Below the pieces are notes generated by a model. It was not told the DNA's origin and made no database searches. It saw only the letters and a list, made by a program, of their open reading frames with translations. The position numbers and the translations under genes are program-made. DNA of 31,283 bases from a virus (lineage: Duplodnaviria > Caudoviricetes): IMG/VR virus record IMGVR_UViG_3300017912_000319, positions 1-31,283 of that record. The stretch is one strand, 5' to 3'. Shown here piece after piece: positions 1-8,798 of this stretch (within the stretch, counting starts at the first letter, position 1; every line of letters begins with the position of its first letter).

Positions 1-29
1 ACAGAAAGGGCCGTGATCGGATCAATCAT
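1..29 (-). CDS. 5' end of a hypothetical protein (MIDPITALS...), truncated by the window edge
   Basis: ATG at 29-27, 1 nt after the upstream TAA; only 9 codons are visible. Confidence 0.5.
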
Positions 30-30
30 T

Positions 31-303
31 TTACTTTGCTTCCAAAGCACGTAGGATTCGGTCGGATTGTTCCATCAGCGCATCCAACCGAGTCTCAATT
101 CTAACAAGCTGCACAGCCTGTGCTTGAGCAGTATCCTCAATCTGACTCACTTTGGTTTCCACTTTGGTCAGGCGTTCCCGATTGTTGTCAATGTCGCTGG
201 CCATTGAGGAGAACATCCAGATAACCCCAGCAGCCTGCACCGCCAAGCCGAGGATTAGTGTAATAGGGACACTCTTGTTTAGGTGCCATTCAGTTTGTGC
301 CAT
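31..303 (-). CDS. small membrane protein, one TM helix plus coiled coil (holin-like candidate)
   Basis: Hydrophobic ITLILGLAVQAAGVIWMF followed by a heptad-rich tail; GGAG SD upstream of the ATG at 303. Confidence 0.65.
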   Translation of the reverse strand: MAQTEWHLNKSVPITLILGLAVQAAGVIWMFSSMASDIDNNRERLTKVETKVSQIEDTAQAQAVQLVRIETRLDALMEQSDRILRALEAK

Positions 304-333
304 TATTTGCGACTCCAATGCGAGGTCAAAAGT

Positions 334-639
334 TTACCACGGCGTTCCTTTGGTATAGATTGGGTTTTTCTGCTCCTCAATATTAGCAGCCAGTGCAGCT
401 TCGGTTGCGTCCTTGTCCACGCCATCAGCCCAGCACCATGCCAGCACCTCTGCTTCCGTTACATCGTCATAGGGCGTGAAGTCCGGCGAAGAGGCGTCAG
501 GGGTAAACTCACAGGTGCTATAAGACGATGCGGTATAGTCACCATCCACAGCGGTAACACGCCAGTGAGCGACAGTGATCCCGCCAGTTGCCACCTCATG
601 TTCACAGGTAGCGATTGTCCAGTTATATTCGATAGCCAT
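334..639 (-). CDS. tail fibre-associated acidic protein (MAIEYNWTI...GTPW)
   Basis: TAATG coupling to the tail fibre stop; resembles small proteins that follow marine phage tail fibres. Confidence 0.7.
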   Translation of the reverse strand: MAIEYNWTIATCEHEVATGGITVAHWRVTAVDGDYTASSYSTCEFTPDASSPDFTPYDDVTEAEVLAWCWADGVDKDATEAALAANIEEQKNPIYTKGTPW

Positions 640-2084
640 TATGCGGTCTCCTCTTGCGTGTCTTCGACTTTTTCCGGTTCCGTTATGACCCGACCTTGTG
701 CATCGGTCCACGCGGTGTCGATCATATGTTGGTCGTGACGCTCACCGACAACCATCCACGACACAGTATCAGTACAAGCGGAATCTTGCGCTTGGATAGT
801 CAATGTGTTGCCAGAAACGCTGCCCTTCACAGCAGTCCAGCCCTGTTCGTTGCTGGTAAAGCACTGCACATTGCCGTTCAAAGCAACGAATGTGCCTTCG
901 GTCATGCGGCCTGCTGTATCCAGATTAACGGTTGCTGTTCCTCCCACCAGAGCCACACGGCCACGGTAAAGGTTGTCCGCTTGCGGTCCTTCGATGAAGC
1001 TGTGAACGAGGTGATGGGTGTCAGGCTTCAACGGGTGGCTGATCTTAAACGAACCAGAGCCTTTAGACAGTGCGCCGGTAACATCCAAATCGCCATCACC
1101 GTCCAGCGTCATGGTGGTGCCTGAGCCGCCCGTTTGAAAATGCAGTTCGCCTTTGGCTTGCAGGAAGAGCCGGTTATTACCTGCATTGTGATGAAGTCTG
1201 GCAGCTTGCGTGTCTGTCTGAGAGCCGAGATAAATCCTTGAGTTGCCGGTAGTATCATTACACAGGAGGGTCATGCCGATGTTGTTACCGGCCTTTGAGA
1301 GTACAAGCTCGTCGCCGTTTGCAGAACCGTCAGCCCCAGTGCCGATCTTAGCCCCGGAACTTATGAGACGCATACGCTCTACCGCGTTTGTAGCAAACGC
1401 CATATAATCGCCATTATGGTCGTAGACAATTTGCCCACGCTTCAAGCCGTCTCCGGTCCCGCCATCAGCAAAAAATAGACTGCCCTTGGCCGCAGTACCG
1501 GTGTCGATAGTGATACCGGCATCCGCTCCTCCGGCGTCAATCACTAGATTATCAGCATCTGGGTCTGCGCCGCTTGGATTTGAGCCTAAATCCGTTCCGA
1601 TGCCTACACGGCCAGAGAACAGACCGGTCCCCGTTACGTCTAGCACCTCTGACGGGCTGGTGTTTCCAATGCCCACGTTGCCGCTGCTGTCAACCGTAAC
1701 GCGGTCGTTTGTACCGCCCGTTTGCAAGCGCAGTTCGCCTTCAGCCTGAACGAACAGCCTGCTATTGCTTTCATTGTGCTGGATTTTTGCGGCGCTATTG
1801 TCTGTCTGTGAGCCGAAAAGAATACGACAGACCCCTGTAGAATCCGCAGCTAGAATGCTCATGCCGACGTTGTTTTGGTCTTTGGATATAACAAGTTCGT
1901 CGGCGTTACCATTCGCGTCTGCACCAGTGCCGACTTTCGCCTTAGAGACACCTTGGAACAACTCCTCACGAGTGATCTTCTTAGTCTGTGTCGCAGAGCC
2001 ATCTACGATAGCCAGTTCATCGGCTGTGTCATTTACGTTAGCACCAGTGATGCTTGTGAGTTCTGAGATTTTTGTATCTGCCAT
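639..2084 (-). CDS. tail fibre / receptor-binding protein, 481 aa
   Basis: N-terminal MADTKISELT anchor, GNVGIG and ERMRL fibre motifs, three internal repeat modules, C-terminal SKGSGSFKISHP...EGP domain. Confidence 0.85.
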   Translation of the reverse strand: MADTKISELTSITGANVNDTADELAIVDGSATQTKKITREELFQGVSKAKVGTGADANGNADELVISKDQNNVGMSILAADSTGVCRILFGSQTDNSAAKIQHNESNSRLFVQAEGELRLQTGGTNDRVTVDSSGNVGIGNTSPSEVLDVTGTGLFSGRVGIGTDLGSNPSGADPDADNLVIDAGGADAGITIDTGTAAKGSLFFADGGTGDGLKRGQIVYDHNGDYMAFATNAVERMRLISSGAKIGTGADGSANGDELVLSKAGNNIGMTLLCNDTTGNSRIYLGSQTDTQAARLHHNAGNNRLFLQAKGELHFQTGGSGTTMTLDGDGDLDVTGALSKGSGSFKISHPLKPDTHHLVHSFIEGPQADNLYRGRVALVGGTATVNLDTAGRMTEGTFVALNGNVQCFTSNEQGWTAVKGSVSGNTLTIQAQDSACTDTVSWMVVGERHDQHMIDTAWTDAQGRVITEPEKVEDTQEETA

Positions 2085-2088
2085 ACTC

Positions 2089-2679
2089 TTACCCCGATAT
2101 TACTTCCACAGCCTCAAAAGAGATGCCGTAGAAACTTGCATTGTTGATTGACCAAGAGGAGATATTCTGGTTCAGTCTAAAGACCCCTTTAGGGTTGTCC
2201 GTAACAGCTGTCTGAGAGGAGTAGTCAGACCTAAGAGCAGGCCATATTTCCAGTTGACCATCTCCTGTTTGGTCTATGAGAACTTGGTGTAGTTTAGCTG
2301 CAGACCCTGAACCTAGTTGTATGTAGTCACCAGCCAGAAGGGAGCCTGTCATGGTCACATCCACAGTCTCATCTCCAGCATTACCTGTGACAGAACAAGA
2401 GGACACTGTGCCACGAGGAGAGGCGTAGTCAGGGTCTCCTAGTAGGAAGGTACCTGCCTGACCCTTAAGAGCTACCAACATAGCCTTCCACTCAGCAGCC
2501 TTATCCCTACGTACCGAGGGGATAGTGACTGAGGCTTCCCACTTCTGTCCTGTGTGGGAAACAACCTGCTGTTTGTAAGTAAAGGGAGACTGAGAGGTGG
2601 CTACAGCATTAACCGCACGTAGCTCAATACTCTCAATCCCTATTGTCGTAGGTGTATTCAGTGGGTAGCTGATAGCCAT
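2089..2679 (-). CDS. minor tail protein (distal-tail-like)
   Basis: Directly downstream of the tape measure gene; beta-rich, 196 aa; GAGG SD. Confidence 0.7.
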   Translation of the reverse strand: MAISYPLNTPTTIGIESIELRAVNAVATSQSPFTYKQQVVSHTGQKWEASVTIPSVRRDKAAEWKAMLVALKGQAGTFLLGDPDYASPRGTVSSCSVTGNAGDETVDVTMTGSLLAGDYIQLGSGSAAKLHQVLIDQTGDGQLEIWPALRSDYSSQTAVTDNPKGVFRLNQNISSWSINNASFYGISFEAVEVISG

Positions 2680-2688
2680 GTTATCCTC

Positions 2689-4821
2689 TTAACCAAATGT
2701 GTTCTTCATGGCACCACCACGTCTACGTGCGTCCATGACCGACTGTTTAGCCATGTTAGCGATAGAAGGTGCAGCCTGAGCAATGATCCTCTTGACTGAC
2801 TCATCACCATTAGCTTGGAAGTTGAAGTTCTGATTAACGACCACAGTCTCTCCACCAGACATAGCCTTAGCCGTAAGGTCAGCATTCATAACGTGACCCC
2901 TGTTCCGTGGCATAATGAGTTCTGGACCCTTTTCGCCTACGAGGTACGGCTGGTTAGCCCTGACAGTACCACCAGAGGCTTTCTTGCCCGGGATATTAGG
3001 AAGACCTAAGAAGCCTTGGATAAAGCCAAGAATCCCTGTACCAGCAGAGCCTCCTTGTCCTAGACCGCCAATCATCTTCTGTAGAACGTAGACCTTATAG
3101 AGTTCACTGACGACGCTCTTAGCCATTTCCCTGAAGGCATCCTCTACGGACTTAGTGCCATCTACCATAGACATGAATCCTGACTCCAAGGAGCTTTCCA
3201 AGGTGTCAAACACTTGGATTTGATCCTTTAGAGCTTGGGTCATTTCAAGAGTTTCTTTAATCCTAGCGCCCGACCCTTTAGAGTTTGCCTTCTGTTGTTC
3301 CGCTCTTTTCTTCTCGATTTCCAGAAGGGTTTTTTCCAGTTCAATAAGCTGCTTATTGCCTTCTATGAACTTAGCAACGGCAGACTGACGATCAGCGCCT
3401 CCAGCAACAGCATCTACAAGAGCTTTTCTTAGATCGAAGCGTTGACCTGCAATCTTTGTAGAAATACCTGTGGAAGCCTCGTTGTTGAGAGCTACAAGTT
3501 CAGCTTTAGCAACCGCAAGACTTTTAGCGATGCCGTTGCCGATATTCTCAAGACCTCTAAGCGCAGCAGCAGCAGCCCTAGCTTGTCTGGCTAACTCTCT
3601 TGCTTCATCAGCAGCATCTTTCTCTGCCTTAGCTACATCAGCAGCTATACTTTCAAGTCTGACCTTTTCGTCGTAGAGTCTCATAGCGGCAGCTACTTGC
3701 TGTACGTTTAAACCTTTAGCCTCTTGCTGTAACTTAAAACTTTCACGCTCTTGTCTAGCAACCTCAGCCTTTACGGCGGCACTCTCTTTACCTTTAGCAA
3801 TTATAAGGTTTTGCAGGATTATCTGATTTGTGAGCGAGTCGTTTATTTCAAAGGAGGCTTGCCCCGCAGCCCTTAGCTCCTCCTGATGCTTCCTATAGAG
3901 AGAAAGCGCCCTTTTCTGAAAAGCCTTTCTCGTATTAAGGGCCTGTTCACTGGCTTCTCTTTCGGCCTCTAGTCTTTGCTTGACTAAGAGTTGGTTAAGT
4001 TGAGATTGTGCAGAGGCTAAGTCTGCAAGTTGATCTTCATACTCAGCAATGTCGCGGATTTCTTTTTCGGTTATATCCGGGTCTTTCAGCAAACCCTCAC
4101 GGAAGAAGTTGTAGAAATCTCTAGCCTCGTCTAACGCCCTTCTAGCAGCAGTAATTTGAGCTTCTAGGTCTAACTCTTCTGGTGTGATACCTAGCTTTAA
4201 AGCCTTTTCTTTTCTAAAAAACTCTTCGACAGACTTGTTAATGCTTGTGATTCTGTCTTCCAAACCTTTAGCGGAGTCTTTCGCATCATCCATATCTTTC
4301 CGGGTTCTAGACCAAGCAGCAGCAAAGGCAGTAACCAAAGGTATTGCGATACCAAGCCCAGTTCCGATGGCAATCATCCTGCCTCCTAGCAGGGTTAGTG
4401 TACCGGCAATCTGAGTAGCCTGCTGACCAAAGGCAACGAAAGCATTAGTCCCAGATTGGACCTGAACAATGAAGTCACCAACCTGATAGCCTGCCTGCTG
4501 AACCATAACACCGCTACGGCTCATTCTTCGGCCTACCTGCTCTTGAGACACAGCCAGCGCATTAGAGAACTGAGTGGCATTCTTGTACTCGTGTGCCAAC
4601 TTCATAATCTCGGAGCGGGTCATCTTTGCAGACCCAGAGAGCTTGTCTTGGGCCTTGATGATCTGGTTTACACCGCGCATCCAAGAGGATTGGTCTTTAG
4701 TATTGGCAAACTCAGCAGAGACCGCCTTCAAAGCACGTTTGGTTTGGTCTGTAGTCTTAATAAGACCTGTCAGTTCAGAGTAGTCTGCGCCGACCTTTAC
4801 GTTGATGTTGTTGTTAGCCAT
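2689..4821 (-). CDS. tail tape measure protein, about 710 aa
   Basis: Ala-rich helical protein; QAGYQVGDFIVQV..AFGQQATQ motif; C-terminal ASGGTV..PYLVGEKGPEL; follows the chaperones. Confidence 0.92.
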   Translation of the reverse strand: MANNNINVKVGADYSELTGLIKTTDQTKRALKAVSAEFANTKDQSSWMRGVNQIIKAQDKLSGSAKMTRSEIMKLAHEYKNATQFSNALAVSQEQVGRRMSRSGVMVQQAGYQVGDFIVQVQSGTNAFVAFGQQATQIAGTLTLLGGRMIAIGTGLGIAIPLVTAFAAAWSRTRKDMDDAKDSAKGLEDRITSINKSVEEFFRKEKALKLGITPEELDLEAQITAARRALDEARDFYNFFREGLLKDPDITEKEIRDIAEYEDQLADLASAQSQLNQLLVKQRLEAEREASEQALNTRKAFQKRALSLYRKHQEELRAAGQASFEINDSLTNQIILQNLIIAKGKESAAVKAEVARQERESFKLQQEAKGLNVQQVAAAMRLYDEKVRLESIAADVAKAEKDAADEARELARQARAAAAALRGLENIGNGIAKSLAVAKAELVALNNEASTGISTKIAGQRFDLRKALVDAVAGGADRQSAVAKFIEGNKQLIELEKTLLEIEKKRAEQQKANSKGSGARIKETLEMTQALKDQIQVFDTLESSLESGFMSMVDGTKSVEDAFREMAKSVVSELYKVYVLQKMIGGLGQGGSAGTGILGFIQGFLGLPNIPGKKASGGTVRANQPYLVGEKGPELIMPRNRGHVMNADLTAKAMSGGETVVVNQNFNFQANGDESVKRIIAQAAPSIANMAKQSVMDARRRGGAMKNTFG

Positions 4822-5170
4822 TAGCAACCCTCATATAAACCTGATCCACACGCATAACACTCTCGACATCTCTGCTGTCAAATGGCGTATCCGTCAGTTC
4901 TTTCCATGCTTTGATTTGTTCGTAGGTAATCGGGTTAGGTCCGCTAAAGCCAGCAGTTCTACTGTTGCTCAACGAAATAAAGGCAGACCAGACATGAGAC
5001 ACTAACCGAGGAAATTCTGGTACCTCCAGTTCTTGTGGCTTACGTCCGATCTGCCTTTCTACTTGTTCTAAGTGTTCCCTCTGAGAGACACCATTCTGAT
5101 CGGGTTTGTTGAGTTTGAACGTATGTTCAGCAAAGTCTTCTAGTTGCCCGATCAGACGCTCATAAAAGCC
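4814..5170 (-). CDS. tail assembly chaperone C-terminal extension (gpT-like), probably reached by a -1 frameshift
   Basis: Frame is open from the end of the upstream chaperone to 4814 (YERLIGQLEDF...PNPITYEQIKAW); lies between chaperone and tape measure genes. Confidence 0.75.
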   Translation of the reverse strand, partial: GFYERLIGQLEDFAEHTFKLNKPDQNGVSQREHLEQVERQIGRKPQELEVPEFPRLVSHVWSAFISLSNSRTAGFSGPNPITYEQIKAWKELTDTPFDSRDVESVMRVDQVYMRVANG

Positions 5171-5550
5171 TGAGAATTATTCAGGGCCTCCTCCAGTTGA
5201 GGTTTCAGCCAGAACAGTTCCTCGTAGATAGCCTTAGCCTTAGCCACAGTCAGCTTAGGTTGCTTGTCGTCATACGTGATGTTCCAAGACTTGGTAGCCC
5301 TAGATAGCAACTCTAGGCTGGCCTCTTCAATATCCTGTGCAGTGAAGTTCATCTCACCAGAAGCCTGTGCAGTCTTAAGACGCTTGTCAGTCTGCTCGTA
5401 CAGGGCTTCCTTGTAAACCTTAGAGTGAGGTGCATGAAGGACGATAACCATATTGCTACCATCCTTGTTAGTCAGAGGCTCACCATTCACAGGGTGCTTA
5501 ACTACAACCTCTACTTCGTCACTCTTAGGTGCAAAATCTTTCAAATCCAT
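5152..5550 (-). CDS. tail assembly chaperone (gpG-like)
   Basis: 132 aa between tail tube and tape measure genes; AAGGA SD. Confidence 0.8.
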   Translation of the reverse strand: MDLKDFAPKSDEVEVVVKHPVNGEPLTNKDGSNMVIVLHAPHSKVYKEALYEQTDKRLKTAQASGEMNFTAQDIEEASLELLSRATKSWNITYDDKQPKLTVAKAKAIYEELFWLKPQLEEALNNSQAFMSV

Positions 5551-5637
5551 TGTCGGGTTCCTTTTGTGTATAAGTCGGGTGTTAGATAAGTGGGGCCAGC
5601 GCCACCCGACACAGCACCAGCCCCTCCCTTGCGGGAA
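5551..5637 (-). promoter_or_regulatory. structured intergenic RNA: GCAA hairpin plus a 13-bp stem whose loop is complementary to the downstream translation start region
   Basis: Stem 5624-5612/5604-5592 with several G-U pairs; UGUCGGGU is complementary to ACCCGACA at 5558-5551. Confidence 0.55.
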
Positions 5638-5638
5638 C

Positions 5639-6550
5639 TTATGAAGGACGTGTTATCTTAAGGTTAGTGTCTTCAGTGCTGTCATAAATAGACACGAAAG
5701 ACATATTGATGATACGACTGTTAGGGCCATCTACACCAACATCAGCAGAGTTGATCTTGACCTTAGGGAAGTTAAAGGTATAAGCATTAGACCCAGTTGG
5801 GTCGTCTACCGAAACTTCGATTTCCGTTTCCGTCTCATTCAAAAAGCGGTTGATAAGAGCAGCATCTTCGAAGTATGCCGTAAGAGTACCTTCGATTTCT
5901 GCACGTCCATATTCAAGGGATGGAGCGGAGTCATCGCCAATTACAAAAGTAGGTGCGAAGGCATTGTTCAGGGTAAAGTCCAGACCAGTAATGATAGCTA
6001 CGGCAGAAGCTCCACCTACGTTGCCGATGGAAATGTCACCTGAGTATGAGTCGAAAGGCTGTGCTCCAGAAGCTGCATCCTGAGTTTTCTCAGTAGCACC
6101 AATCGTCATAGTTTTACCAACCATGCTGAAGGTGCTTGTGACCATCTGGTTGGGGGCCATGGAGACCGCTAGACTAGAAACAGTGCACCCTGTAAACAGG
6201 CGAGCCTGATCAATGTCGGCAGCATAGTCTTCGATAGAGAAGAACTTAGGGGTAGTGCCAACCTTAAGGACGTTAGTTGAGAAGGTGTTCAAAAGAGCAG
6301 CTTCCAAGAAAGCATCGTAGTCTCCATCACGTAGATCAACTACAATGTCACCTGACACCTGACGGTTGCCATGACGGTCAACGCGAGGCATACGGTCTGC
6401 TTGAATGTCGTTACCTGCAACACGATCCTTAGTAAGATTAAGGGAATGTGTGCTGAACGGTAGGTTTGTGAAGTTTCCAGCAGGTGTCGTACCAAAAGTG
6501 CTTTCAGCGATAAACGACAGGCTGGAGCGTGAACCCTGTGCAAAGGCCAT
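5639..6550 (-). CDS. major tail (tube) protein
   Basis: 303 aa; ESTFGTTP and RHGNRQVSGDI motifs typical of siphovirus tube proteins; gene order. Confidence 0.88.
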   Translation of the reverse strand: MAFAQGSRSSLSFIAESTFGTTPAGNFTNLPFSTHSLNLTKDRVAGNDIQADRMPRVDRHGNRQVSGDIVVDLRDGDYDAFLEAALLNTFSTNVLKVGTTPKFFSIEDYAADIDQARLFTGCTVSSLAVSMAPNQMVTSTFSMVGKTMTIGATEKTQDAASGAQPFDSYSGDISIGNVGGASAVAIITGLDFTLNNAFAPTFVIGDDSAPSLEYGRAEIEGTLTAYFEDAALINRFLNETETEIEVSVDDPTGSNAYTFNFPKVKINSADVGVDGPNSRIINMSFVSIYDSTEDTNLKITRPS

Positions 6551-6573
6551 GTTGTATTTCTCCTATAGGGGTG

Positions 6574-6996
6574 TTACTTGTAGATGTACCAGCCGATGTT
6601 GACCGGGATGAGATACCAAGGGGCATCAATTAACGAGAGGTCTCTCTCAGCGTAGTCAATAGAGACAACAATGGTCTCAGCTTCCCCGTTAGTGTAGGAA
6701 ATGTCTGTCGTGGCTTCAAACCTCTCCAGCAACTTCTCTACTACACCCTCAGCAGCGCCGGGGCCAGCACCTTCTGGGGAAAATACGTTAAGAGAAAATA
6801 TACCACGGTATAACTGTTGCGGGTTCGTGCCTCTTACGGCTGGCCTACGTACCGTGGGGATATAGGCCACTTTGATAAAACTTGTCCCGGTCGTAGGCTC
6901 ATAAGGTACGTTCTCATAAGCAATATCAGGGATGCTTGCGGTGCCAGCCAAGTGAGTTTCTAAAGCAGCACGGATGTCTTTGTTAATGTCAGCCAT
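6574..6996 (-). CDS. tail terminator-like protein
   Basis: 140 aa; IAYENVPYEP, GIFSLNVF and WYLIPVNIGW; immediately before the tube gene. Confidence 0.75.
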   Translation of the reverse strand: MADINKDIRAALETHLAGTASIPDIAYENVPYEPTTGTSFIKVAYIPTVRRPAVRGTNPQQLYRGIFSLNVFSPEGAGPGAAEGVVEKLLERFEATTDISYTNGEAETIVVSIDYAERDLSLIDAPWYLIPVNIGWYIYK

Positions 6997-7450
6997 ACCT
7001 GCTCCTCAGCGTGTTAAATATCTGGTATCCGTTAGGGGGCTTAGGGCCGGGGGGATGAGCGCCACCTTGAACACCGTACTCAACGAACCTAGCGTGGTTA
7101 GCATCATTACGTAGCGTGTAGGACTTATTCTGAAGAAGATCATCCTTGTCAGCAAAAGCTGTCTGAATGTCTCCCAGAAGCTTACCCCTACCCTCTTCCC
7201 TGTCAGCCTCAGAGCCTGTTTTCTTAGGGAACCTCCAGTTAGCGCCATCAATCCTGCGACCACGGCTGCTAGAGTTGTCAGCCTTGAAGGAGAAAGACTT
7301 TACGTAGGCACCAGACCAGATGGGGGACATGTTGATAGCGTCGTTAGCCATAACTGTGAAGTAGTCTTCTAACTGTTCACCTACAGACTCTTTAGCTTGG
7401 TCCTCAATCCTCTTAAGAACATCAAGACCTTTGATTGTTACCTGTGCCAT
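6989..7450 (-). CDS. neck / tail completion protein (HK97 gp10-like)
   Basis: SPIWSGAY and NDANHARFVEYG match the PVxTG...YAxxVEYG pattern. Confidence 0.75.
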   Translation of the reverse strand: MAQVTIKGLDVLKRIEDQAKESVGEQLEDYFTVMANDAINMSPIWSGAYVKSFSFKADNSSSRGRRIDGANWRFPKKTGSEADREEGRGKLLGDIQTAFADKDDLLQNKSYTLRNDANHARFVEYGVQGGAHPPGPKPPNGYQIFNTLRSRYG

Positions 7451-7451
7451 G

Positions 7452-7808
7452 CTACTCCCTCACTTGACAAATGTAGCAGACAACCGTAGAGCCTTCGTAT
7501 ATGGTCTGAACAGAGACGATCCTAACCTCATCACCAACTCCAGAAATCTTGTCGCCTTCGTCGGGGGCAGGCAGAGCAACATTAGAGGTGTCGAAAGCAG
7601 GTATAATAGCTCTACGATCACCCCTAACGATAAAGTCGTCGTTAAGCTCTGAGAGTGTGTAGTCTGCCACGTAGGCTTTTACAGTGTATTCGGTAGTTGT
7701 TGTCGCTACAGTGCCTGTAGAAACCGTATATACGCCTGTAGATACCTTCTTGAGTGTGACAGTCTGACCAAATTCATTAATAAGAGAAAGCGTATCCTTG
7801 TTCAGCAC
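7452..7808 (-). CDS. head closure protein
   Basis: 118 aa; FGQTVTL, IVRGDRR and terminal QVR; gene order. Confidence 0.7.
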   Translation of the reverse strand: MLNKDTLSLINEFGQTVTLKKVSTGVYTVSTGTVATTTTEYTVKAYVADYTLSELNDDFIVRGDRRAIIPAFDTSNVALPAPDEGDKISGVGDEVRIVSVQTIYEGSTVVCYICQVRE

Positions 7809-8263
7809 TAGCCTTCTCCATAACTGTCCGTGTTAGGTGGGTTCCAGAAGCGATCCCTTCGGAACTCAGACCCTACCCTGTTGGTATTGCTCCTAGCAAG
7901 CTCAACCTGTGTCTTAGTTATACCACCAGCAAAAACGCCCAACCTAGAGCCAACCTTCTTAGCCTGATAGTCTAGCTTGTCTGCAAGGGCTTTGTAATGC
8001 TCGTAGAGGTCACTATAGTCTGCCTTGATCTGCCCATCAACCTCAATGTTGACTTTACTGGCGTACTGGGAAGCTATGCTCCTAGCTACGTAAGCGGAGG
8101 CTGTATATACATCATCTGATGTTTGAGACAGGGAAAAAGTTATTTCTTCGTTCTGGACCTGCTGGTTGTTTGTATTAGTATCACCTACTAGGAAGCGAAC
8201 CGTGTTAAGGCGACCTGAGGCGGTGGTCGTATCTAAGTCTGTAGGGTCATAGGACCAAGCCAT
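7808..8263 (-). CDS. head-tail adaptor
   Basis: VRFLVGDT...NEEI motif; located after the capsid genes. Confidence 0.75.
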   Translation of the reverse strand: MAWSYDPTDLDTTTASGRLNTVRFLVGDTNTNNQQVQNEEITFSLSQTSDDVYTASAYVARSIASQYASKVNIEVDGQIKADYSDLYEHYKALADKLDYQAKKVGSRLGVFAGGITKTQVELARSNTNRVGSEFRRDRFWNPPNTDSYGEG

Positions 8264-8281
8264 TTCAGGTCTCCTTGTTGT

Positions 8282-8707
8282 TTACTCTCCGAGAATGTCG
8301 TCTCGAAACTTGTAGAAATCCTCAGCAATCCAAGGGTTCTTACGTAGGAATGAGCGTAGTAATCCACGCTGCTTATCATCAATCTTAGACTGACGACATC
8401 TTTTGTTCTTAAGCTCTTCCGCTGAGGTAGTACGTTTCTTAACCACGTCATTCAGAAGACCTACAAGAGTATAAAGCTGTTCGGAGTTCATTTCACTCAG
8501 ACGATCACCAACTTTATTATCTTTCTCTAATTCTTTATTGTGAAACAGATAACCTGCGGCGTATATAGTATAGACCTTATAAGGGTCCAACTGACGCTCC
8601 TGCCAGTTAAAGTGTTCTCCTCGTGTCCAAGATACACCAGCCGCTTGGAAGGGGTTCTTGACGAATACAGGCCAATCCATTTGGAAGCCAAGCCATGTAG
8701 GGTGCAT
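8282..8707 (-). CDS. hypothetical protein between capsid and adaptor genes
   Basis: 141 aa ORF with AGGA SD, in operon orientation. Confidence 0.7.
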   Translation of the reverse strand: MHPTWLGFQMDWPVFVKNPFQAAGVSWTRGEHFNWQERQLDPYKVYTIYAAGYLFHNKELEKDNKVGDRLSEMNSEQLYTLVGLLNDVVKKRTTSAEELKNKRCRQSKIDDKQRGLLRSFLRKNPWIAEDFYKFRDDILGE

Positions 8708-8754
8708 ATCGCGTTTCCTATTAAGATGTTGTTACGGTATTTTATAATTGGGTT

Positions 8755-8780
8755 GGACCCCAAGCCGAAACTCAGGGTCC
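8755..8780 (-). terminator. stable hairpin after the capsid gene (terminator or mRNA stabiliser)
   Basis: GGACCCTGAGT-TTCG-GCTTGGGGTCC; no U-tract follows. Confidence 0.45.
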
Positions 8781-8798
8781 ACCTTTAGTATATAGCTA

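Noticed and set aside
639-2084. Diversity-generating retroelement acting on the tail fibre
   Set aside because: The repeats are diverged protein modules, not adenine-specific TR/VR pairs, and no reverse transcriptase is present
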